Assembly (NCBI GenBank): GCA_050309605.1
Contig: JBNRMN010000017.1
Span: 1 to 28,633 of the forward strand
Reading direction: 5' to 3'
Length of the DNA: 28,633 bases
Source: Anaerohalosphaeraceae bacterium
GTDB taxonomy: Bacteria; Planctomycetota; Phycisphaerae; Sedimentisphaerales; Anaerohalosphaeraceae
Shown: positions 16,336 to 23,573 of the stretch, in pieces
Layout of the letters: every line of letters starts with the position of its first letter
Numbering within the stretch: position 1 is the first letter of the stretch
Made by a program: the position numbers and the translations under genes
Notes under the pieces: model-generated
What the model was told of the DNA's origin: nothing
What the model saw: the letters and a program-made list of their open reading frames with translations, nothing else
Database searches by the model: none

Positions 16336-17775
16336 ATGACAGATAAAAAAGAAGAATGCGGGTTGTTCGGTGTTTACGGCGATCCGCAGGCGGTACAAAA
16401 AGCATATTTTGCGTTACACAGCCTTCAGCATCGGGGTCAGGAATCGGCGGGTATTGCCAGCAGCGACGGCGAGTATATCCACTGTTACGCCCGAATGGGA
16501 CAAGTCAGCCGGGTGTTTCGTTCCGGTCGGGGAATACTGGAGCGGCTGGATAACTCCATTGCCATCGGCCATGTACGCTATTCGACCTCCGGCTCGACAA
16601 ACCCGACCAATTCCCAACCTTTTTTGAGTGAATTTTCACGCGGCCAGGTTGCCGTCGCACACAACGGCAATCTGATCAATGCCTCCCTGTTGCGGGATGA
16701 ATATGAGGCTTACGGCCATATTTTCAAATCCACCAGCGACACGGAGATTATTGTTCACCTGATGGCCAAGCCGACGCACGTCAGCAAACCCGATCCGTTG
16801 GGCCATGTGCTCAATCATCTGCAGGGGGCCTTTTCGCTGCTGTTTTTGTTTCCCGACCGTATCGAAGCGGCGCGCGACCCCTACGGCATCCGCCCGCTTT
16901 GCATTGGAAGAACACCGGAGGGGGCGTATTGTGTGGCCAGTGAGACCTGTGCCCTGGACGCCATCGAGGCCGACTATATCCGCGATGTCGAGCCGGGCGA
17001 AATCGTTACCTTCGACCATCGGGGGCTGACCAGTCGTTACTTTGTCAAGCCCGGAACGGTTACCCCGGCGCATTGTATTTTTGAACATGTCTATTTTGCC
17101 AAACAGAGCAGCGTCATCTTCGGCGACAACGTGCACGAAGTGCGCAAGCGCTGCGGTGCTCAGCTTGCCCGCGAGCATCCGATTGAAGCCGATGTCGTGA
17201 TTCCCGTGCCGGATTCCGGTACTTCGGCGGCTATCGGCTACTCCACCCAAAGCGGGCTTCCGTTTGATATGGGTTTTGTCCGAAGCCACTATATCGGACG
17301 AACGTTTATCGCACCATCACAGATGATGCGCGACCTGGCCGTCAAACTCAAATTAACGGTGGTCAAGAACGCCGTTCGCGGCAAACGGGTGGTCGTGGTC
17401 GATGATTCGGTGGTCCGCGGCACGACCACACGCGGCAAGATTCGTTCGCTGCGTATGGCCGGCGCCAAAGAAGTGCATATGCGGGTGGCTTGTCCGCCGG
17501 TCAAACATCCGTGTTTTTACGGTGTCGATTTTCCCACCTATGGCGAGCTGCTGGCCAATCAGAAAAAGACAATGGAACAGATTCGTGAATTTCTGGAAGT
17601 GGACAGCATCGGTTATTTGTCGCTGGACGGATTGTTGAAAAGCGCCTCGCTGCCGCCGGATCATTATTGTACCGCCTGCTGGAGCGGACAGTATCGGATT
17701 CCGGTCAGCACCGTCGTGAACAAGTTTACAATGGAACGGCACCAAATGCAGTTATTTGATGATGTTGAGCTGTAA
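16336..17775 (+). CDS. purF: Amidophosphoribosyltransferase
   Basis: EECGLFG, LQHRGQESAGI, GHVRYST, AHNGNL, CIFEHVYF, PVPDSG, VVVDDSVVRGTT, CFYGVDFP, CTACW. Confidence 0.98.
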   Translation: MTDKKEECGLFGVYGDPQAVQKAYFALHSLQHRGQESAGIASSDGEYIHCYARMGQVSRVFRSGRGILERLDNSIAIGHVRYSTSGSTNPTNSQPFLSEFSRGQVAVAHNGNLINASLLRDEYEAYGHIFKSTSDTEIIVHLMAKPTHVSKPDPLGHVLNHLQGAFSLLFLFPDRIEAARDPYGIRPLCIGRTPEGAYCVASETCALDAIEADYIRDVEPGEIVTFDHRGLTSRYFVKPGTVTPAHCIFEHVYFAKQSSVIFGDNVHEVRKRCGAQLAREHPIEADVVIPVPDSGTSAAIGYSTQSGLPFDMGFVRSHYIGRTFIAPSQMMRDLAVKLKLTVVKNAVRGKRVVVVDDSVVRGTTTRGKIRSLRMAGAKEVHMRVACPPVKHPCFYGVDFPTYGELLANQKKTMEQIREFLEVDSIGYLSLDGLLKSASLPPDHYCTACWSGQYRIPVSTVVNKFTMERHQMQLFDDVEL

Positions 17776-18849
17776 ATGGCTAAAAAAAACTCTCTCAGTT
17801 ATGAGCAGGCCGGCGTCAGCATCGATGCCAACGACGCTATGGTCCGGCGCATCAGCCGCAGCCTGAAATCCACGCACGGCCCGCGGGTCATGGCCCTGGA
17901 AAATGGTTTTGCCGGGCTGTTTCGACTGGATTATGACGAAAAGCTGTTCAAGAAAAATTACAAAAACCCCGTGCTGGTTGCCTGCACCGACGGCATCGGC
18001 ACCAAGGTCTTGATCGCTCAGCAGGCCGGCCGATTCGGTACACTCGGTATGGATCTGGTGGCCATGAGCGTCAACGATATGATTGTTCAGGGCGCCGAGC
18101 CGTTGTTCTTTCTGGACTATCTGGCGATCAACAAGCTCGAACCGGCACTGGTGGCCGAGATGGTTGAAAGCATTGCCGCCGGCTGCCGTATGGCCGACTG
18201 CGCCCTGATCGGCGGCGAAACGGCCGAGATGCCGGACCTCTACGGCAAAGGCGAATACGACCTGGCCGGCTTTGCCGTTGGTGTCGTGGAGCGCAGCCGT
18301 ATCATCACCGGCAAAACCGTCCGCCCCGGCGATGTGGTGCTGGGGCTGGCCTCCAGCGGTCTGCACAGCAACGGTTATACGCTGGTTCGCCACATCTGTT
18401 TCAAACAGGAAAAACTGGATATCCACGCGAATTTTAAGGAGTTCAACGGTGCGACGCTGGGCGAGGTGCTCCTTGAGCCGACACGCATCTATGTGAGATC
18501 TATTGTATCTCTGCTCAACGGCTACAGACGCAAAAAGGTCGTGCACGGCATGGCTCACATCACCGGCGGCGGGCTGGTCGGCAATATCCCTCGTGTGCTG
18601 CCGAGCGATTGCGATGCCGTTCTCAAAACTTCGACCTGGCCGTCGCCGCCGATTTTTGACTTTTTGCGTCGCCGCGGCCCGGTACGCAGGGCCGAGATGT
18701 ATCGCGTGTTCAATATGGGCATCGGATTTGTACTGATTGCGGCAAAGGATTTCGCGGATGCCATTGAGGACAAATTAGCCCGCAGCGGCCAGACCGTCTA
18801 TCGCATCGGTCATATTGCCGCCGGAACCGGAAAAGTCATTTTGAAATAA
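17776..18849 (+). CDS. purM: Phosphoribosylformylglycinamidine cyclo-ligase (AIR synthetase)
   Basis: YEQAGV, TDGIGTK, AMSVND, GAEPLFFLDY, GGETAEMP, SSGLHSNGY, AHITGGG, FNMGIG. Abuts purF. Confidence 0.98.
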   Translation: MAKKNSLSYEQAGVSIDANDAMVRRISRSLKSTHGPRVMALENGFAGLFRLDYDEKLFKKNYKNPVLVACTDGIGTKVLIAQQAGRFGTLGMDLVAMSVNDMIVQGAEPLFFLDYLAINKLEPALVAEMVESIAAGCRMADCALIGGETAEMPDLYGKGEYDLAGFAVGVVERSRIITGKTVRPGDVVLGLASSGLHSNGYTLVRHICFKQEKLDIHANFKEFNGATLGEVLLEPTRIYVRSIVSLLNGYRRKKVVHGMAHITGGGLVGNIPRVLPSDCDAVLKTSTWPSPPIFDFLRRRGPVRRAEMYRVFNMGIGFVLIAAKDFADAIEDKLARSGQTVYRIGHIAAGTGKVILK

Positions 18850-18872
18850 CGCATGCCCTTAAAGGAGTTGTT

Positions 18873-19895
18873 ATGGGTTCTCGTCAGGGATGGACAGCCC
18901 GGCCGGTTGCCGGTGCGGTGTGTGCCGCGGTATTTTACAGCCTGTGGGCGGTGCTGTTGTTTTTGCCGCACGCCAAGAGCCTGTCATCGTCCTTTCGGTT
19001 GCTGTATGCGGTCAATCCGGCGGTTGCCGCCGCAGGTGTTTTTTTTCTGAGCCGACGGTGGGTGGCCGGCTGGATGCCTGCCGCGACGGCGGGGTGGGTC
19101 TATGGGTTTGGCCCTTTCGGACTCAGCTTTATCGGCTTTCATCCCTTGACAGGGTTTACGTTCGCCGCCGTTCCGTGGCTGCTGCTTCCCGCGGTGTATT
19201 GGCATCGGCGATATAGACCCACTGCGATGCGTTTTTTGGTGCGGGCGGTGTTTTGCCTGCTGCCGTTTGCCTTTATCATAGTGTTCTTCTGGACATTTTC
19301 ACAGCATTGGGCCGGTCGGTTGTTTCTACTGCCCAAAAAAACCATGTTGTCCGGATACGATTTTCTGGGGTTGTTTTTTCCGCTTTCGATGACCGGTCGT
19401 CCGGTTGTGCTGAGTGTGACTCATTTTGGGTTGCCGGCACTGCTGATGGGGGTGTTTGTGTATGTATCCGCTCAGCGGGTCGCGGTCTTGATCCTGCCGG
19501 CCGTCGGGCTTGTTTTGGCCTTTCTGAATCCTGTTTTCGGCGTCAGTCCGGTGATCTGGGCGGCTCTGCCGATGGTTTTTCTGGCCGTGCTGTCCGGCGT
19601 CGGGATCCAAAGCCTGATGTGGGCGGGTAAGAATGATTCAAAATGGGTCCTGTGCTGTGTCCTGACGGCCGGGGTGACGGGGGGTGTTTCGTGGCTGTTG
19701 TCTATGTCGAATCAATCGATGGTATATTACAATTCCGCCTTATTATATCTTATATCAATTCTTGTCTTTGGTGTGGTGTTCCTTTTGAGCCGGGCTTCAC
19801 TTCGCTGGTTGACGGTACGATGGCTTCTGCTGGCCGGCACAGCACTGACCGATTGCTATATATCCGGCCGCTGGCTGATTGAAAAGCTGCTCTGA
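18873..19895 (+). CDS. Uncharacterised multi-pass membrane protein, weakly YfhO/GT-C-like
   Basis: Many hydrophobic segments; GVFFLSRRW..AATAGWVYGFGPF..H..VPWLLL pattern; AAGGAG RBS; 23 nt after purM. Confidence 0.75.
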   Translation: MGSRQGWTARPVAGAVCAAVFYSLWAVLLFLPHAKSLSSSFRLLYAVNPAVAAAGVFFLSRRWVAGWMPAATAGWVYGFGPFGLSFIGFHPLTGFTFAAVPWLLLPAVYWHRRYRPTAMRFLVRAVFCLLPFAFIIVFFWTFSQHWAGRLFLLPKKTMLSGYDFLGLFFPLSMTGRPVVLSVTHFGLPALLMGVFVYVSAQRVAVLILPAVGLVLAFLNPVFGVSPVIWAALPMVFLAVLSGVGIQSLMWAGKNDSKWVLCCVLTAGVTGGVSWLLSMSNQSMVYYNSALLYLISILVFGVVFLLSRASLRWLTVRWLLLAGTALTDCYISGRWLIEKLL

Positions 19896-19966
19896 GGGCC
19901 TGTAAAAGGCTCTTTGCATCCGGTTTCCAAAGATTGTATCAGCACGATAGCAATAATTGGGCGGCT

Positions 19967-20059
19967 GCATAATTGGTCTGGAATTTGGTATAACTGATTC
20001 TGATATGACCCGTTCCGACAAATCCACGCATAATTGGTCTGGAATTTGGTATAACTGAT
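19967..20059. repeat. Two exact 32-bp direct repeats separated by 29 bp
   Basis: GCATAATTGGTCTGGAATTTGGTATAACTGAT at 19967-19998 and 20028-20059; spacer TCTGATATGACCCGTTCCGACAAATCCAC. Confidence 0.92.
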
Positions 20060-20085
20060 AGGTAATGTTTTGTGTCTGGTTTTCC

Positions 20086-20185
20086 AAAAAAAGTGGCGAG
20101 GATCGCGGCACCGTCTGGGGGGGAAAACGGATAACCACTTCGCCTCGCCGAGGATTATCGACAGGCCCGAAGGCCTCATTGTCAT
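20086..20185 (-). ncRNA. Candidate ~100-nt structured small RNA of unknown family
   Basis: Upstream near-consensus promoter; 5' hairpin GACA..GGCC-UUCG-GGCC-UGUC; long stem GGCGAGG..GUGG..CCGUUU-UCCCCCCC-AGACGG..CCGC..CCUCGCC; U7 tail. No credible ORF. Confidence 0.6.
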
Positions 20186-20190
20186 CAGCT

Positions 20191-20219
20191 AATATATCGG
20201 TATGGAAACACAATGTCAA
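20191..20219 (-). promoter_or_regulatory. Near-consensus sigma-70 promoter driving the candidate sRNA
   Basis: TTGACA (20219-20214)-N17-TATATT (20196-20191), with an AT-rich upstream tract. Confidence 0.7.
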
Positions 20220-20329
20220 CACCTTTTTCAAAAAAAATTAAAGAAAATGAGAATTATCCAAATGTCCACCCCGCCGACTTCCTTTCGACGATACTCAAAC
20301 AGGTTTTTATGGGTCGGCTTCAAAACCGC

Positions 20330-20358
20330 TTGCATTGACCGCATTTTTGCATTACAGT
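20330..20358 (+). promoter_or_regulatory. Putative sigma-70 promoter for top6A-yggS
   Basis: TTGCAT-N17-TACAGT; AGGAG before ATG 20401. Confidence 0.5.
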
Positions 20359-20400
20359 AAGGCCGTAATTTTTCAAGATCTCGCAGGAGTAACCCAACGT

Positions 20401-21495
20401 ATGGCTCGAAGTTTAAAAAGTCCCGTTGTCGAACGGATCAAAGGCAACGCCAACGATGTGTATAAAAAAATCCTGGCTAACCAGAAGCCGACGATGAGCA
20501 CGCCTATCCGCTCGCTGTCGAACGTCAAATACAGCGCGCGCAAAGGCCATTTCGAAATGCAGGATCGCGCCAAAAAACGCACCCTGACCGTCAGCACCGT
20601 CAAGACCTTTGCCCAGACGCTTAAAATGATGGCGCTGTCCAAAGATCTGATCGAAACCGACGACATGGCCACCAAACGAGAAGCGTACTATATCTCAAAG
20701 AACTGGGGCAAAGCCGGCTTTGATGAACAGCCCGAATCCGATACCATTATGGATGACATTGAGGCGATGTTCGGCGTCAACCGCGAGCAGCTAAAGTTTG
20801 TCCCTGAAGAAAAAGGCGGCGATGTCGCCGGTCGGCTGGTCGTGGTGGACAAAGACGCCTCCGGCAAAAAACTCCGCATCGACTGCACCAAATTCGGCTC
20901 CGGCGCGTATTCCATCCCCGTTGAAGTCGAAGACCTGAAGTTTGAAAGCAAAGCCAAATTCATCCTGGCCATTGAAACTGCCGGCATGTTTCAGCGTCTG
21001 GTTAAATACGATTACTGGAAGACGGCCGATTGTATTCTGGTCAGTATGGGCGGCGTGCCGACGCGGGCGTGCCGACGCTTCATCCGCCGTCTGAGCGACA
21101 GTCTGAAGATCCCGGTGTATGCCTTTGTGGACGGCGACCCCTACGGATATTTTAACATCTACCGCACCCTGAAGGTCGGCTCCGGCAATGCGGCGCATCT
21201 CAATGAGTTTTTCTGTGTCCCCAAGGCGTCCTTTCTGGGCGTTACGCCGCAGGACATCAAAGATTATGATCTGCCGACGCATCCGCTCAAGGATGTTGAC
21301 ATCAAACGTGCCAAAGACGCGCTGAAGAACGATCCCTTTGTCAAACATCACAAGCAATGGCAGCTTGCAATCAATCAAATGCTCAAGCTGGGCGTGCGCG
21401 TCGAACAGCAGGCTTTTGCCAAACACGGCCTGGATTTTGTCGTGAATGAATACTTACCGTATAAGCTGAAGAATGCCGCTAAGTTTTTGCCGTAG
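20401..21495 (+). CDS. top6A: DNA topoisomerase VI subunit A (Spo11-like)
   Basis: TKREAYY catalytic-Tyr motif, F.EQ.ESD.IMDDIE, NREQL, TOPRIM LAIETAGMF.RL, GGVPTRACRRFIRRL, DGDPYG, EQQAFA. Confidence 0.95.
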   Translation: MARSLKSPVVERIKGNANDVYKKILANQKPTMSTPIRSLSNVKYSARKGHFEMQDRAKKRTLTVSTVKTFAQTLKMMALSKDLIETDDMATKREAYYISKNWGKAGFDEQPESDTIMDDIEAMFGVNREQLKFVPEEKGGDVAGRLVVVDKDASGKKLRIDCTKFGSGAYSIPVEVEDLKFESKAKFILAIETAGMFQRLVKYDYWKTADCILVSMGGVPTRACRRFIRRLSDSLKIPVYAFVDGDPYGYFNIYRTLKVGSGNAAHLNEFFCVPKASFLGVTPQDIKDYDLPTHPLKDVDIKRAKDALKNDPFVKHHKQWQLAINQMLKLGVRVEQQAFAKHGLDFVVNEYLPYKLKNAAKFLP

Positions 21496-21505
21496 CGCAA
21501 ATACG

Positions 21506-22228
21506 ATGAACCAGATTCTTGCAGACAGATTGAAACGGCTTCAGGACTCGATCGCCGATGCCTGCGGGCGCGCCGGACGACCCGAAAAATCCGTCCGTCT
21601 TGTCGTCGTGACCAAAACCGCCCCGCCCGAGGCCGTTAAAGAAGTCATTCGGCTGGGCTGCACCGAACTGGGCGAGAATCGCGCCCAGCGTCTCAAACCC
21701 ATTGCTGAAGAGATCGATCTTTTTCTCAAAGACAATGCCGGAGATCCGGCTTTGCCCAAACAGGTCCATTGGCATATGATCGGTCACCTTCAGCGCAACA
21801 AGGTCAAGACCACACTGAAATACAGCCACATCATTCATTCAGTCGATACGCTCCGTCTGGCCGAGGAAATCAATACCTGCGCCTATAACCGCGGCCTGCA
21901 TATCGACGTCCTTCTGCAGGTCAATTGCTCCGGCGAACCGCAGAAGTACGGCGTGCCCGTCGGGGCGGCGATGTATCTGGCCGAGCAAATCTCAACGATG
22001 CCCAATCTGCGGCTGGTCGGGCTGATGACAATGGCCCCGCTGACAATGGATAAAGACCGCGTGCGGGCCTGTTTTGCCCGAGCACGCGAAATTTTCGAGG
22101 ATATCCGTGCTGAAAAAATCGTCAGCGCCAAATTCAAACATCTGAGTATGGGAATGAGCCAGGATTATGACATCGCTGTCGAAGAAGGGGCCACGATGCT
22201 GCGTATCGGTTCAGCCTTGTTTGCCTGA
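21506..22228 (+). CDS. yggS: YggS/PLPBP pyridoxal-phosphate homeostasis protein
   Basis: LVVVTKT, LGENR, WHMIGHLQRNKVK, IHSVD, QVN.SGE..KYG, GLMTM, LSMGMSQDY..AVEEGAT..RIGSALF. Confidence 0.96.
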   Translation: MNQILADRLKRLQDSIADACGRAGRPEKSVRLVVVTKTAPPEAVKEVIRLGCTELGENRAQRLKPIAEEIDLFLKDNAGDPALPKQVHWHMIGHLQRNKVKTTLKYSHIIHSVDTLRLAEEINTCAYNRGLHIDVLLQVNCSGEPQKYGVPVGAAMYLAEQISTMPNLRLVGLMTMAPLTMDKDRVRACFARAREIFEDIRAEKIVSAKFKHLSMGMSQDYDIAVEEGATMLRIGSALFA

Positions 22229-22337
22229 ATTATCGCCCGCTCATTATGGGACGATGCCGTCTCATAACTTGCCGTAGGCACTATTTTTCACGGATTAAAA
22301 CCGTTTTGATTCAAAACAGGTAAATTGGCTTCGTCGG

Positions 22338-23531
22338 ATGGCCGACATATCGGCTATGATTCAAACGGAAGCCCGACATGTCGGTCAGACGGCGGCCTCG
22401 CCGGTTAATGTCCTGTTCGTGGACTGCGAAGCGGCGTTCGTTCAAAAGATGGCGCCTCGATTGATCCAGAAAAAACTGAGCTGGCAGGACGTTTCGTTTT
22501 CCGAGTTTCAGCATGGCCTTGAAAGCCGCACCATCATCGGTTCGGTGGTTTTCGGCCCGTCCGTTGTCCCCGATCTCGAATCGGATGCCTTTGTGTCATT
22601 GCTCAAAATACTCCAAAGCCGACACATCGCGGTCTTTTTCAGGGACTGCGAACTCAAAGACGCTGCCGTGCATCCCCTGACATGTGTCATCACGCCCGAA
22701 ACAGAGCACGAAATGCCTGCCCGGCTGGAGACCGCCGCTCAATATGCCCGACAATATCTGATTGAACAGCGCGGTTTGGCGCTGGAAAATGACCTGACCG
22801 AACAGCTTGAAATGGCCGGCCAGGTGCAGCGCAATTTTTTGCCCTTGCGTCTGCCGCATACCGAACACGTTCGCTGGGCCGCCGCATTTCGCCCGGCGCA
22901 ATGGGTCTCCGGTGATATTTACGACATCGCCCGGCTGGACGAAACGCATATCGGTTTTTATCTGGCCGATGCGGTGGGGCACTCGATGCCCGCGGCCCTG
23001 CTGACGATCTTTCTCAAGCAAGCCACCGTCATGCGTCAGACCTTCGGCCACGATTATCGTATCTTCGAACCGGCTGAGGTGATTGCCGAGTTGAATCGAC
23101 GCATGGCGCAGCAGGAATTTGCCGGCTGCCTGTTTGCGACCTGTTGTTACGGGCTGCTGAATAGTGAGACGTATGAGCTGAAACTGGCGCGGGCCGGCCA
23201 TCCCTACCCCGTCCTTGTTCGCGGCGGCACGCTGTCCTGTCTGCAAAGCCGGGGCGGCCTGCTGGGCGTCTTTGGCGAGGCACAATTTGAACAAATTTCC
23301 CTGACCCTGCAGCCCGGCGACAAACTGTTTGTCTATTCCGACGGCGGCGAGCCGCTCATCGGAACCCCCAAAGACGACGGCACACTGGCTTTTGGCAAGC
23401 CCTTCCAGGCTGTTTCAGAACGACCCATTGACCAGATGATTCAAGCCTACGACCAAATGGCGCAACATCATCATTTTGGTCCGGGTGAGATCGATGATGT
23501 AACGGCTGTCGGTCTGGAAATCCTGCCCTAA
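22338..23531 (+). CDS. SpoIIE/RsbU-type PP2C serine phosphatase
   Basis: LEMAGQVQRNFLP, VSGDIYD, LADAVGHSMPAAL, ARAGHPYP, LQPGDKLFVYSDG, DDVT. The start could be 22356. Confidence 0.92.
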   Translation: MADISAMIQTEARHVGQTAASPVNVLFVDCEAAFVQKMAPRLIQKKLSWQDVSFSEFQHGLESRTIIGSVVFGPSVVPDLESDAFVSLLKILQSRHIAVFFRDCELKDAAVHPLTCVITPETEHEMPARLETAAQYARQYLIEQRGLALENDLTEQLEMAGQVQRNFLPLRLPHTEHVRWAAAFRPAQWVSGDIYDIARLDETHIGFYLADAVGHSMPAALLTIFLKQATVMRQTFGHDYRIFEPAEVIAELNRRMAQQEFAGCLFATCCYGLLNSETYELKLARAGHPYPVLVRGGTLSCLQSRGGLLGVFGEAQFEQISLTLQPGDKLFVYSDGGEPLIGTPKDDGTLAFGKPFQAVSERPIDQMIQAYDQMAQHHHFGPGEIDDVTAVGLEILP

Positions 23532-23532
23532 G

Positions 23533-23549
23533 TCAGCCGAGCGGGCTGA
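23533..23549. terminator. Small hairpin between convergent genes
   Basis: TCAGCC-GAGCG-GGCTGA right after the phosphatase stop; no U-tract. Confidence 0.25.
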
Positions 23550-23573
23550 TGGATTAACAGAAAGCGACGAGAT

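Noticed and set aside
19967..20059. Calling the repeat pair a bona fide CRISPR array
   Set aside because: Only two repeats, no palindrome, no GAAA(C/G) end and no cas genes; kept as a repeat.
20155..20190. Hammerhead ribozyme (CTGATGA..GGCC-TTCG-GGCC on the minus strand)
   Set aside because: GATA replaces the required GAAA, stems I and III are absent, and CTGATGA straddles the predicted TSS.
19797..20231. 144-aa and 109-aa minus-strand ORFs across the repeat region
   Set aside because: They overlap the membrane-protein gene and run through promoter and terminator-like elements; the repeated peptide only mirrors the DNA repeat.
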